A stretch of DNA of 64,000 bases from an uncultured Bacilli bacterium (GCA_944350495.1 CALVOZ010000006.1:12648-76647), one strand, 5' to 3'. Positions 1 to 9,624 are shown, counted from the first letter of the stretch. A program made the numbers and translations. The notes: generated by a model from the sequence alone, not told the origin.

Positions 1-2
1 AA

Positions 3-611
3 TTGACAAAACGTCAAAATGATACTTTACAATTTGTAAAAGAATATATCGTTTCACATGGTTATCCACCAACTGTTAGAGAAATTGCTGAAGCCTTAAA
101 TGTGTCATCACCAGCTACTATTCAAGCTCATTTAGATGGCTTAGCTGATAAAGGTTATATCAAAAAAGGTTCCAATAAAAATAGAACAATTGAATTAATG
201 GTTGATAATGAATTTATGAATAAAGATAATCAAGTCATAGATGTTCCACTTTTAGGTAAAATTACAGCTGGATTACCAATTGAGGCAATTGAAAATCCCA
301 ATAATTATTTTACTTTACCTGCTTATTTAATCCCAAAAGATAAAGAAGTTTTTACTTTAGAAGTAAGTGGCGAAAGTATGATTAATGTAGGAATACATGA
401 CGGCGATATAATTATTGTTGAAAGAAGAAAAACAGCAAGAAATGGTGAAATAATTGTTGCAATGACTGATGAAAATGAAGTTACTTTAAAGACTTTTTAT
501 AAAGAAAAAGATTATATTAGATTACAACCAGAAAATGATACGATGGATCCAATTATATTAAATAATGTTACGATATTAGGAAAAGCTATTGGCTTGTATC
601 GTAAAATATAA
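3..611 (+). CDS. lexA: LexA repressor (SOS regulator), probably 5'-truncated by the window edge
   Basis: Translation ...TKRQNDTLQFVKEYI...GESMINVGIHDGDIIIVERRKTARNGEIIVAM... matches the LexA winged-HTH plus S24 peptidase domain. The window begins at what looks like codon 2-3 (K-L-T-K-R-Q pattern). Confidence 0.85.
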   Translation: MTKRQNDTLQFVKEYIVSHGYPPTVREIAEALNVSSPATIQAHLDGLADKGYIKKGSNKNRTIELMVDNEFMNKDNQVIDVPLLGKITAGLPIEAIENPNNYFTLPAYLIPKDKEVFTLEVSGESMINVGIHDGDIIIVERRKTARNGEIIVAMTDENEVTLKTFYKEKDYIRLQPENDTMDPIILNNVTILGKAIGLYRKI

Positions 612-638
612 AAAAAGAGTTTTTAAACTCTTTTTTTA
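611..638. terminator. bidirectional intrinsic terminator between the convergent lexA and the membrane-protein gene
   Basis: aaaaaagagtttttaaactcttttttt: inverted repeat AAGAGTTT/AAACTCTT flanked by an A-run and a T-run. Confidence 0.5.
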
Positions 639-1916
639 TATTTCCATTTCTTTTAAATCATATATTTGTTTTGGTTTAAGAATTCGATGAATAACAATTA
701 AAATAGATAAAATAATTGTACTTACTGATATAATTGTCATTATTGGTGAATCATCATAAACATCACTAATCATTGTATAAATTCTCGTATCTGATAACAT
801 TAATCCAATAATAATATCAGCAACAGTCAATACTATGTAAGTGATAAAAACAACGACATATATCTTTTCTAACCAATTAAATTTTTGACTTAAATCTTTT
901 TCAAATACATAAGTTTTATTTTTATTGATAAATAGTTTAATATAATATGTAATTATTGCCATTAAAGTTACATAATAATTAAAAGATAATAAATCTTGAT
1001 ATAAATATGTATTAGTAGTAATTTGTGGTACTTTATTAAATACCCATTCTAATATTCCAAACAAATAATAGTCACCAGCAAATATTAAACAATATATAGA
1101 GAATGAAATAATTATAAATTTACCTCTTGTATATTGTTTTCTTTTTATTTTTTGGTCTAATATCCAATAATATATTAAAAAGATAAAAAATGAAATTAAT
1201 AAACCAATACATACTAGTAAATTCGCATTAAATGTTGGTAAATTTCCATAAATAGCTTTACCTAGAAAAGTATCGTAAGTGACACTACTGTAAACTATTT
1301 TAATAAGTAAATAAAATAAAGCAGTAGAAACAAAAGTTAAAATAGGCAAGAATACTGCACCAACTAAAATTTGATCACCTAAAACATTTGTATTTTTAGG
1401 TTCCTCTAATTCACCATCTTGATATTTTTTTAAATAATTTTTCATTTGATCTTGGTGTTTAGAAACCTTTTCTTCATAACTACTTAATTCTTTTGCTAAA
1501 TCTTTATCAGGAACTTTAACTGGACCTTTACTAACATATTTAGCCACACTAGCATAAGTATTAGGGGTTTCAATAAGCCTCAAAATTTCATTAACACTTT
1601 TACCAAAATTATAAATTCCACTATCAACTAAAATTGATAAAATTGCATAATTAGAACTATGGGCTTCCTGTAAAACAAAAATATTTTCTGGTGATACCAA
1701 CTCAGTAAACAAATGCCATGAATCCGCATTATTTACATCCTTAATAGCTGTAATATCGATAATAAGCATATCAATATCATATTTTTTAATACTATTTATA
1801 AATGTTTGAATGTCATAACAACCTACTGCACATTTATAATTTAACGCTTTTAAATCTGAAGAATCAATATATTCTTTTAACTTATTAGCAATTACAATAG
1901 TCATACTATGCACCAA
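636..1916 (-). CDS. polytopic membrane protein with an N-terminal CheY-like (pseudo-)receiver domain
   Basis: About 120 aa at the N-terminus show alternating beta-alpha hydrophobic periodicity (MTIVIANKL...DMLIIDITAIKD...) resembling a receiver/flavodoxin fold, but without the N-terminal acidic pair. About 7 predicted TM helices follow. Its start overlaps the stop of the upstream gene. Confidence 0.5.
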   Translation of the reverse strand: MVHSMTIVIANKLKEYIDSSDLKALNYKCAVGCYDIQTFINSIKKYDIDMLIIDITAIKDVNNADSWHLFTELVSPENIFVLQEAHSSNYAILSILVDSGIYNFGKSVNEILRLIETPNTYASVAKYVSKGPVKVPDKDLAKELSSYEEKVSKHQDQMKNYLKKYQDGELEEPKNTNVLGDQILVGAVFLPILTFVSTALFYLLIKIVYSSVTYDTFLGKAIYGNLPTFNANLLVCIGLLISFFIFLIYYWILDQKIKRKQYTRGKFIIISFSIYCLIFAGDYYLFGILEWVFNKVPQITTNTYLYQDLLSFNYYVTLMAIITYYIKLFINKNKTYVFEKDLSQKFNWLEKIYVVVFITYIVLTVADIIIGLMLSDTRIYTMISDVYDDSPIMTIISVSTIILSILIVIHRILKPKQIYDLKEMEI

Positions 1917-3672
1917 CTTTCTTCTTTTGAATCAATCTACTAATTGTAATTAAAATTGGAATACCGATTGAAAGGCACAACATAATGGTTCCCATATATT
2001 CTCCAACTGAAGTATCTGTAAGTTGAATAAGTTGAACAAATTCTGTTAGAAATTCAACAGGAACAATAGATGCAATGGTTGGAATCATAAACACATAAAA
2101 AATAAATATAAATCCTAGTTTTTCAAATATATTCCATTTAACAGCAAAATCATTACCGCTGTTATTTGCTACAAACGCTTGAATAAATAAAAATGTTACG
2201 TAATATAAATAGAATATTGCTCCAGCACCAATATATAAAACAAGCTTAATATTTAAAGAAGAACTCATTTCAAACACAGATATCTCTATCAAATATAGTA
2301 ACAAAGCATATACTGCGTACGATAACACAGCAGGTGCAACTAAGAATCTCTCAACGTTTTTTGAATTTCTTTTAGCAAGTGCTACTACAGGCTTACCTAA
2401 AACAAAACAAATAATTGCAATAATAGCCCATGTAGCAAATTTTGATATCATATCAGGCATCTTTAATATAGTTTTTGAAAATGCATCTATTTCATTTAAC
2501 TTAACATATATTACAGCAGCTAAGATTGACAATAAAGGAATTAAAATAGCGCATACTAGTTTTGTGACAATGGCAACTCCTTCTGGTTTAGAATCAGTGG
2601 TTGTTTGTGGGCGTCCTACAGCATTATTAGGCGCCATCATAGGAGCAACTCCAATACTAGGATTAATCATTTCATTATTAGGAGTTTGATAATTTGGCAT
2701 TGCGATATTAGTATTAAATGATGGAATATTCGGAACAACAATATTATTGCCACTAGAAGTTTGATAATTTGGCATTGAATTATTAGTATTATTTACTACA
2801 GTATTAGGAACAGTATTACTAACGCTAGGTGCTTGATAACCTGGCATTGGATTATTAGTATTAACGACCGGAATAATAGGTGTAACAACATCACTGATAC
2901 TAGGTACACGATAATTTGACATAACATTATTTGCACCAACAGTTTGAGTATTAGTCACTGATTCATCTTGAGTTGGAAATACTACTGTTGGAAAAGCCGA
3001 ACTTTTAGTTTCAGATGTAGAGACTGTTGTTGATGAATTATTAATTCCACTATACAAAGCTGCAAAAGGATCATCTAGCATTGGCTTAGAATTAGTCTCC
3101 ACGCCATTGGTTGACACTGCATTATTTAAATTAACAGGTGCATTAGCATATGGATTATATTGAACTTGTACTGGTTGAACTTCAGTTTTAACTTTTGGTG
3201 AAATTGGTAATTCAAGACTACTAGCAACCACTTTACTATGATTCAAATAAAACTCTTTATTTTTATCTTCATCAACTCTCGTATCATCAACATAAGACAT
3301 GATAACATTAATTGCTAAATTTAATTTATTTTTATCTTCATCAGAAAAATTATTTTGAATAGCTAATTGAACAAATTGTTGCATTTCAATGTTAATTTCA
3401 CTTTGTGTTTTACTAATGTTAGTTTCAATTGTACGAAAATTAGCATCTACATCTTTACCAACTTTATATAAAGAATAATCACAATTAAATTTTTCTTTAA
3501 TAAAACTCATTGCAGTTGGTAAATACTTTCTTGTAATTCCTTTAAATTTTAATCTTTCTTCTTCTAGTCTTCGAGCTAATTCTCCTTGATCAGTTACTTC
3601 ATTTTTAATATCTGCAACTCTCCTATTATATAATTCATATTCATTTAAAAATGTACTTAGTTCAACAAACAT
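1906..3672 (-). CDS. membrane protein with a cytoplasmic N-terminal domain, an N/P/Q-rich tandem-repeat linker (MPNYQT / MPGYQAPS) and a C-terminal 6-7 TM domain
   Basis: ORF translation. Imperfect ~60-nt DNA repeats at ~2640-2950 encode the NxMPNYQ repeats. The C-terminal ~250 aa is strongly hydrophobic. Confidence 0.5.
   Translation of the reverse strand: MFVELSTFLNEYELYNRRVADIKNEVTDQGELARRLEEERLKFKGITRKYLPTAMSFIKEKFNCDYSLYKVGKDVDANFRTIETNISKTQSEINIEMQQFVQLAIQNNFSDEDKNKLNLAINVIMSYVDDTRVDEDKNKEFYLNHSKVVASSLELPISPKVKTEVQPVQVQYNPYANAPVNLNNAVSTNGVETNSKPMLDDPFAALYSGINNSSTTVSTSETKSSAFPTVVFPTQDESVTNTQTVGANNVMSNYRVPSISDVVTPIIPVVNTNNPMPGYQAPSVSNTVPNTVVNNTNNSMPNYQTSSGNNIVVPNIPSFNTNIAMPNYQTPNNEMINPSIGVAPMMAPNNAVGRPQTTTDSKPEGVAIVTKLVCAILIPLLSILAAVIYVKLNEIDAFSKTILKMPDMISKFATWAIIAIICFVLGKPVVALAKRNSKNVERFLVAPAVLSYAVYALLLYLIEISVFEMSSSLNIKLVLYIGAGAIFYLYYVTFLFIQAFVANNSGNDFAVKWNIFEKLGFIFIFYVFMIPTIASIVPVEFLTEFVQLIQLTDTSVGEYMGTIMLCLSIGIPILITISRLIQKKKVGA
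2640..2950 (-). repeat. in-frame imperfect tandem repeats (~60 nt units) encoding an N/P/Q/Y-rich low-complexity segment
   Basis: Recurring tttgataatttggcattg... / ttgataacctggcattgg... units, read from the sequence. Confidence 0.5.
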
Positions 3673-3680
3673 AATATCAC

Positions 3681-4565
3681 CTAATATAGATTATTAGGAT
3701 ATACTCCTTCATCTATCAACTCTCTAATATATTCTTTTAATTCTTCTAGATCAGATGCATAAGTAACACCTTTCCATACTGCATCAGTATGAATTACTTT
3801 AACATTGATATTATTATCTTTACTATAATTGCTTAAAACATCTGGTAATAAATACTCACATGTTGTAAGATCACCTTTATTTTTTTCAAAAAAATTTTTA
3901 ATATCCTCTTTTAAATAATCAAATATACTTATCTGCATACCATACATAAGCATAGATACAGGATGATTATCTTCAAGCGTATATCGAGCACTACCATCTA
4001 ATGGTTCGCATGTAATAACACCATCAACACGCCCTACTTTACTTTCAACAATTTTTGTTAAAATACCTTTTTCTTCAAAACAAACTCCACGTTTAACAAC
4101 GCCATTCTCAGTTAACGTATTACCTATATTATAACCAATAACACTAAATTCATTAGCCCGTTTTAACGACTCTCCTAAAGTTTTGAAAGCATCACTACCA
4201 TAAAAATCGTCAGCTGAAATAACTGCAAAAGGTCCGTCAACATATTTCATAGCGCAATACATTGCATGTCCTGTACCTAAAGGTTTAACACGTTCTTCAG
4301 GTAAAGTAACTCCTTCTGGAATTTCATCTAAACTTTGAAAAGCATATTCTACCTTAATTTTTCCTTCAATTCTTTTACCTATAGTATTTCTAAAAATATC
4401 ATAATTTTCTTCTTTTATAATAAATACTACTTTCTGAAAGCCAGCTTGGATAGCATCATAAATTGAATAATCGATAATAAATTCTCCATTTGGCCCAACA
4501 GGCTCAATTTGTTTTAAACCGCCAAAGCGACTTCCTAAACCAGCCGCCATTATAACTAATGTCAT
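3681..4565 (-). CDS. sugar-phosphate nucleotidyltransferase family protein (GT-A-like NTP-transferase)
   Basis: N-terminal MAAGLGSRFGG...KQ glycine-rich NTP-transferase motif. The 4-nt overlap with truB suggests an operon. Confidence 0.6.
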   Translation of the reverse strand: MTLVIMAAGLGSRFGGLKQIEPVGPNGEFIIDYSIYDAIQAGFQKVVFIIKEENYDIFRNTIGKRIEGKIKVEYAFQSLDEIPEGVTLPEERVKPLGTGHAMYCAMKYVDGPFAVISADDFYGSDAFKTLGESLKRANEFSVIGYNIGNTLTENGVVKRGVCFEEKGILTKIVESKVGRVDGVITCEPLDGSARYTLEDNHPVSMLMYGMQISIFDYLKEDIKNFFEKNKGDLTTCEYLLPDVLSNYSKDNNINVKVIHTDAVWKGVTYASDLEELKEYIRELIDEGVYPNNLY

Positions 4566-5434
4566 TTTAATCCTCCAATCATTATATGTGGTTTTAATTT
4601 TGTCGTATCTTTATCATAAGTACGATAAATTGCTAAAACTAAATCATTACTATCAATAAAGACAACCTCATCACGACCATATATATTATCTATAATTTTA
4701 CCATTTAATATATCCTTTTTCAATATATCGCTTGCAGTAACCATGTATGAATCTTTTAGAATTTCTTTAATTCCAATCATATCAGCAATTCTAATATCAT
4801 CAATTGACTTACAATCATCAATAGTGAAATTTCCCTGCTTAATTCTTCTTAAATTGCTCATAATTCCAACCGTATTTAATTTGTGAGCTATATCTCTAAT
4901 TAAACTTCTAATATATGTTCCTTTACTAACTATACATTCAAAAGAAAAAATAATATTATTATTTTCTCTTTTAATTGGCCCTAGAAGTTTAATATCAAAA
5001 ATTTCTACTTCTCTTTTAGGCAATTTTATAGGTATTCCTTCTCTTGCATATTCATACAATTTTCTTCCATTTACCTTAACTGCTGAATAATTTGGAACCT
5101 CTTGTTCATATTTTCCTTTCATTGCTAAAACTGCATTCAATATTTCTTCATCAGTAGCGGTAACGATCTCTTCTTTAATTATATCTCCTTCTAAATCAAG
5201 AGTATTAGTTTCTATTCCTAATATAACCTCTGCTATATATGATTTATTAGAAGCAGTTAAATAATTAACTAACTTAGTTGCCTTACCTACACAGATGACT
5301 AAAACACCAGTTGCAATAGGATCCAACGTTCCAGTATGACCAACCTTATTGTTCTCAGTCTTTTTTATAATTTCATTTACTACATCACGACTTGTAACCC
5401 ATTTTTCTTTATCAACTAAGAACACACCATCCAT
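4562..5434 (-). CDS. truB: tRNA pseudouridine(55) synthase
   Basis: GHTGTLDPIATGVL catalytic motif and overall TruB layout. Confidence 0.85.
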   Translation of the reverse strand: MDGVFLVDKEKWVTSRDVVNEIIKKTENNKVGHTGTLDPIATGVLVICVGKATKLVNYLTASNKSYIAEVILGIETNTLDLEGDIIKEEIVTATDEEILNAVLAMKGKYEQEVPNYSAVKVNGRKLYEYAREGIPIKLPKREVEIFDIKLLGPIKRENNNIIFSFECIVSKGTYIRSLIRDIAHKLNTVGIMSNLRRIKQGNFTIDDCKSIDDIRIADMIGIKEILKDSYMVTASDILKKDILNGKIIDNIYGRDEVVFIDSNDLVLAIYRTYDKDTTKLKPHIMIGGLK

Positions 5435-5487
5435 ATTATCACCATTTTAATTATAGCATAAAAAAAGAATTAATAAAATAATTCTTT

Positions 5488-6177
5488 TTATTCTCGATCA
5501 TTAAGCATAATCACCAATCTTAATAAATCCAATACTATAGAAATTAAAGACGCTACATAAGTAAGAGCCGCTGCCTTTAATACTTTTTCAGATAATTCTT
5601 TCTCTTTTGGGCTAGTAAGTGCTAAACGATTTAATTCATTTAAAGCCCGTTTAGATGCATCAAATTCCACTGGTAAAGTAACTAATTGAAAGACAAGTGT
5701 TACTGCAATCAATAAAATACTTATTTTTAAATATCCAGTTATTCCAGCAAATAAAGAAATAAGTAACACTATATAACCAATATAAGTTATTAAATTTACC
5801 ACTGGGACAATCTTACTGCGAATACGCATAAACATATAACCATCTTTATCTTGAATTGCATGACCACATTCATGAGCAGCCACAGCTGTAGCCGCAATAG
5901 TTGAGCCATGAAAAATATCTTTAGATAATCTTACCACTTTACGTCTTGGATCATAATGATCAGATAATATACCTTCAGTTTGAACTACATAAACATCACT
6001 CAATCCATTACTATCTAAAATTTTACGTGCTACTTCGCAACCGCTTAAGCCGCTTCTCGAAAGTATTTCTTTCCCTTTTTTATATGTTGAAGATAAATAC
6101 GCTTGAGCTGCAATTACAATTATAAAAGAAACAAGCGCTATAAAAAGTGTTAACAAAGTTTCTAAACCATATATCAC
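5488..6177 (-). CDS. membrane-anchored zinc metallopeptidase (YugP/Zn_peptidase_2-like)
   Basis: HECGHAIQ (HExxH) motif between an N-terminal and two C-terminal TM segments. Confidence 0.6.
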   Translation of the reverse strand: MIYGLETLLTLFIALVSFIIVIAAQAYLSSTYKKGKEILSRSGLSGCEVARKILDSNGLSDVYVVQTEGILSDHYDPRRKVVRLSKDIFHGSTIAATAVAAHECGHAIQDKDGYMFMRIRSKIVPVVNLITYIGYIVLLISLFAGITGYLKISILLIAVTLVFQLVTLPVEFDASKRALNELNRLALTSPKEKELSEKVLKAAALTYVASLISIVLDLLRLVIMLNDRE

Positions 6178-6181
6178 ATTA

Positions 6182-7570
6182 TCACCTTAATTCGTATGTC
6201 GTACCTTCTCTAGTGTCTTTAATAACAACACCTCGTTCTAATAATTCATCACGAATACTATCAGCTTTAACAAAATCTTTATTTTGCTTTGCTTGTTTTC
6301 TCTCTTCGATTTTAGTTAAAATAAATTGTTCTAAATCACAATCAATTGCACATTCTGTTAAATCATTTAAACCAATGGATAAGACAGAATCAAATTGATT
6401 AACTAAATATTTCTTTTGCGCATTGGTTAAATCGCTCTTTAAAACATCATATAAAACAGTAAGTGCTAAAGAAGTATTTAAATCATTAGCGATAGCTTCT
6501 TTAAATAGTTCGTTAAATCTTTCAGTTCCTGTACTATCTTCTTCATTACCTAAGCATGCAATCTTACTACGTAATTTATCATAAGCATTAGTAGCATTAT
6601 CTAGAGCTTCATAACTAAATACTAATTGCCTACGATAATGACTATTTAAACACATAAAACGATATGACAATGGGTTATACCCTTTACTTTCAAGTAAAGA
6701 AACAGTTAAAAATTCACCTTTACTCTTACTCATTTTTCCTGACTGATCATTCAAATGTTCTCCATGAATCCAATACTTGCACCATGGGTGTCCTAAATAA
6801 CCCTCAGATTGAGCAATTTCGTTTGTATGATGTGGGAAAATATTATCCACGCCACCACAGTGAATATCTAAATGTTCACCTAAATATTTCATACTAATAC
6901 CAGAACATTCAATATGCCATCCTGGGTATCCATAACCCCAAGGACTATCCCATTTCAATTCTTGATCTTCAAATTTAGATTTAGTAAACCATAAAACAAA
7001 GTCAGCTTGGCTTCTTTTGTTTGCATCTTCTTCAACCGAATCTCTAACACCAACTGCCATTTCTTCTTCTTTATGGTTTGTTAAAACATAATAATCAGCT
7101 AATTTAGTTGTATCAAAATAAACGTTTCCACCAGCAATATAGGCTAAGTCTTTTTCTAACAATTTAGTAATAATTTTAATATATTCATCAATATTTTGAG
7201 TTGCTGGAGATACAATGTCTGGCCAACGAATATTTAACTTTTCACAATCAGACATAAAGGCTTTAGTATAAAAATCAGCAATTTCCAAAACAGTTTTCTT
7301 TTCTCTTTGAGCACCTTTAAGCATTTTATCTTCGCCAGTATCAGCGTCACTTGATAAATGACCAACATCAGTGATATTCATACATCGTTTAACATTATAT
7401 CCTAAGTATTTTAAACTTTTTTCTAAAATATCTTCAAAAATATAAGTCCTTAAATTCCCAATATGTGCATAATGATACACTGTTGGTCCACATGTATACA
7501 TTGTTACTTCATCTGGATTATAAGGTACAAAATCATCAATACGATGACCGAGAGTATTAAATAATCTCAT
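6182..7570 (-). CDS. cysS: cysteine--tRNA ligase
   Basis: CGPTVYHYAHIGN (HIGH-like) and KMSKS motifs; length 462 aa. Confidence 0.9.
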   Translation of the reverse strand: MRLFNTLGHRIDDFVPYNPDEVTMYTCGPTVYHYAHIGNLRTYIFEDILEKSLKYLGYNVKRCMNITDVGHLSSDADTGEDKMLKGAQREKKTVLEIADFYTKAFMSDCEKLNIRWPDIVSPATQNIDEYIKIITKLLEKDLAYIAGGNVYFDTTKLADYYVLTNHKEEEMAVGVRDSVEEDANKRSQADFVLWFTKSKFEDQELKWDSPWGYGYPGWHIECSGISMKYLGEHLDIHCGGVDNIFPHHTNEIAQSEGYLGHPWCKYWIHGEHLNDQSGKMSKSKGEFLTVSLLESKGYNPLSYRFMCLNSHYRRQLVFSYEALDNATNAYDKLRSKIACLGNEEDSTGTERFNELFKEAIANDLNTSLALTVLYDVLKSDLTNAQKKYLVNQFDSVLSIGLNDLTECAIDCDLEQFILTKIEERKQAKQNKDFVKADSIRDELLERGVVIKDTREGTTYELR

Positions 7571-7644
7571 CCTATCACTCCTTTGTAAATATATTATATC
7601 ACATTATAATAATATTCGTAAAAAAAAAATACCTTTCGGTATTT

Positions 7645-9318
7645 TTATTTTTGTCCTTGTGTTGATTCATCAACATATCTACCATATACTAAGATATTTT
7701 TATCAGCACAGTATCCATCAAAAGCTAAAACTAAATGATCATATGGGTCTAATGCAGATTGAGAACCATCTACTAAAGGAATAATTGCATCTGCTTTAGT
7801 TCCATAAACACTTGCATGACTTTTAACAGAATAAAGAGTCCCTCTATTAATAACATAAGTAGCGCCTTTACTTAAAGCATTCTTATCTAATGAATTGTTA
7901 ATAACATTGCCTTCATCATCATATGTTTGATAATCAATTGTAACTTCAGATGAATATTGATTATATCCTTTAATGATATCAACTGCAGCCCCAGCAATTG
8001 TTGAATCTTTAGAATTAACATTATATAAGTTATTAAAGTATCCACTTAATGAAACATAATCACTTTGACTAGCAAATACTAATCTACCCATATCATATAA
8101 GTCATTAGCGCTTGTTCTTGTATCATTATACTTAACAATCTTTTCAATAGCAGAATCTGCCAAATTAAATACTTCTCTAATATCAAATCCGTCTTTATAA
8201 ATTAACTTAAATACATCTTGGCTTTCTAATGAATCCATGAAGAAATCAGCATTTGTCACAGTATATAAAGCTTTAGCTTCTTCTTCTGTAACACTCATTA
8301 TTGATAATTCACCTTTAATTATTTCAAAACTCTTTTCATAATCCGCATAAATTCTTTCTTGGATTTCAGTATCTACACCATCTAATGTAGCTATTGTTTG
8401 ATATCTAATAATTGATTCTTGAACTTTAGCTAAAATATCATAAGAACGTAATTTGCCATCCATAGTTTCTCTTTTATCTTGAGAAACAATATCCTTAGAT
8501 AAAACAGATATTGTTTGGGCTATGTTTTCAGATGCAAAAATTGCACCATCAGTTAAATCTAATTCACCAACTGCTTTAGTTTGCCCACCAATAGTCATAT
8601 CAATTGTTCCTTCGCCATTGATGAAAGCATAAACCATATCAAAAATCTGTTGAATTCTTGCTTTATTTTCAGCAGTCGGATTTTGTCTCAAAGTAATAAC
8701 CTCTTTAGCAAGTTCTTCTAATTGAGAAATAATTTCCTTATCAGTCGCATCTAATAATAAACCAGTATGGGAAATATAATTATCAGTTGAAGTAAGACCA
8801 GTATTCCATTCTCGAATTTGAGAACTAATACCATATTGAGCATTTAAAATCATCTCAACGTCAGTACCTCTATCAAATTCTTTTAATAATACTTTTTGGC
8901 CATATTGATCTAAGTAATCGATATTTAATACAGATAAAGCTAATTCAAATTTTACTTCATCATTACTGTTAATCTTACCATTAACATTTTTTAAAGCATC
9001 TTGGACAAAAAGTTCCCAAGCATCAACACTATATGTGTCATTAGCGCCAATATTCGTAATACCTGTAGATTCAAGTTCTTCTACCCTTGCTTGTAATTCA
9101 TCAATTCGTTGTTCTATTTCTGTTGTTGCTTCAGATGAAGTTTCAGATGTTGGAGCTGATGTTTGTGAATCAACTTTATCAGAACCACATCCAGTTAAAA
9201 GCATTACAACAGCCATTGCACTTGCTCCTAATGCTACTATTTTTTTCTTTCCGTTAATTCCTTCTCTTGAAATTTTTCCACTACCTGGAATAGCTTTTTC
9301 ATTTATAAAATGTATCAT
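7645..9318 (-). CDS. large extracytoplasmic lipoprotein of unknown function
   Basis: Signal peptide with lipobox LLTGC. Start placed at MIHFIN, which has a strong RBS (GAGAAGGGGGA). The ORF-track start further upstream lacks an RBS. Confidence 0.55.
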   Translation of the reverse strand: MIHFINEKAIPGSGKISREGINGKKKIVALGASAMAVVMLLTGCGSDKVDSQTSAPTSETSSEATTEIEQRIDELQARVEELESTGITNIGANDTYSVDAWELFVQDALKNVNGKINSNDEVKFELALSVLNIDYLDQYGQKVLLKEFDRGTDVEMILNAQYGISSQIREWNTGLTSTDNYISHTGLLLDATDKEIISQLEELAKEVITLRQNPTAENKARIQQIFDMVYAFINGEGTIDMTIGGQTKAVGELDLTDGAIFASENIAQTISVLSKDIVSQDKRETMDGKLRSYDILAKVQESIIRYQTIATLDGVDTEIQERIYADYEKSFEIIKGELSIMSVTEEEAKALYTVTNADFFMDSLESQDVFKLIYKDGFDIREVFNLADSAIEKIVKYNDTRTSANDLYDMGRLVFASQSDYVSLSGYFNNLYNVNSKDSTIAGAAVDIIKGYNQYSSEVTIDYQTYDDEGNVINNSLDKNALSKGATYVINRGTLYSVKSHASVYGTKADAIIPLVDGSQSALDPYDHLVLAFDGYCADKNILVYGRYVDESTQGQK

Positions 9319-9500
9319 ATTAATCCCCCTTCTCTCAAAGATAGCATCTATGTTAACATTTTTTAGACTATTTGTCAAATTATGTATAGTCTTTTATTAT
9401 TCTTTCATATACTTAAATTATATCACACTTAAATACATTTTGACAATTATAAAATTGTATTGTTTTGCATAATTTTTATTAAAAAAAATAATTTATACTA

Positions 9501-9529
9501 TTGCATTCGGTCTTCAATTATGATATATT
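9501..9529 (+). promoter_or_regulatory. putative sigma-A promoter for the tRNA pair
   Basis: TTGCAT - 17 nt - TGaTATATT (extended -10). Confidence 0.4.
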
Positions 9530-9544
9530 ATAAAAGTACTTGAT

Positions 9545-9621
9545 GGATCTTTAGCTCAGTTGGTTAGAGCATCCGGCTCATAACCGGGCGGTCGTAGGTT
9601 CGAGTCCTACAAGATCCACCA
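9545..9621 (+). tRNA. tRNA with CAU anticodon; best match to the tRNA-Ile2 (lysidine) type, alternatively elongator Met
   Basis: 77 nt. Acceptor GGATCTT/AAGATCC, anticodon loop CTCATAA, T-arm GGTTCGAGTCC, 3' CCA encoded. Close to the B. subtilis tRNA-Ile(CAU). Confidence 0.8.
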
Positions 9622-9624
9622 TTC

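Noticed and set aside
3-611. Cheo/SOS box (GAAC-N4-GTTC) search to define a LexA regulon (priA, ssb, cupin region)
   Set aside because: The lexA promoter lies outside the window. A by-eye scan of the promoters noted above found no convincing CGAACnnnnGTTCG site. A proper pattern search would be needed, so none is reported.
636-1916. Calling the N-terminal module of the 426-aa membrane protein a bona fide response-regulator receiver
   Set aside because: The phospho-acceptor-like Asp is present (IIDITAIKD), but the N-terminal acidic pair and the conserved Lys position are not evident. It is described only as CheY-like or pseudo-receiver.
2640-2950. Direct repeats that could be mistaken for a CRISPR array or satellite
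   Set aside because: Repeats are in frame inside a long ORF, imperfect, and lack unique spacers. They encode an N/P/Q-rich peptide repeat. The same is true for the 30-nt repeats at 11160-11700. No CRISPR array or cas gene was found anywhere in the window.
6147-6398. Plus-strand 83-aa ORF overlapping the end of the zinc metallopeptidase gene and the start of cysS
   Set aside because: Low-complexity translation, no RBS, entirely antisense to well-supported genes. It is a shadow ORF typical of AT-rich DNA. The same reasoning applies to the other short antisense ORFs in the track: 6664-6897, 9035-9472, 14257-14466, 21546-21761, 27893-28354, 28113-28370, 29522-30025, 30284-30481, 33061-33279, 33316-33639, 36383-36691, 39391-39588, 44436-44618, 50857-51081, 53903-54097, 54322-54549, 55482-55685, 58655-58909, 60360-60611 and 63464-63652.
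7645-9378. ORF-track start codons with long N-terminal extensions before signal peptides or catalytic motifs
   Set aside because: Better internal starts with clear RBSs were chosen. The extensions are most likely non-coding.
- lipoprotein: 9318
- DUF362: 14788
- MBL hydrolase: 19728
- 193-aa protein: 20445
- ppdK: 23946
- priA: 30537
- hyp373: 32636
- second MBL: 37485
- prmC: 40410
- prfA: 41503
- HTH-ABC: 44090
- PBP: 46784
- add: 57634
- ssb: 62331
- spoVS: 63946
9545-9621. Assigning the CAU-anticodon tRNA firmly as initiator tRNA-fMet
   Set aside because: The 1:72 positions form a G-C pair and the anticodon stem lacks the three consecutive G-C pairs of initiators. The sequence instead closely resembles Firmicute tRNA-Ile2 (lysidine). 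Elongator Met cannot be excluded without a covariance-model search.
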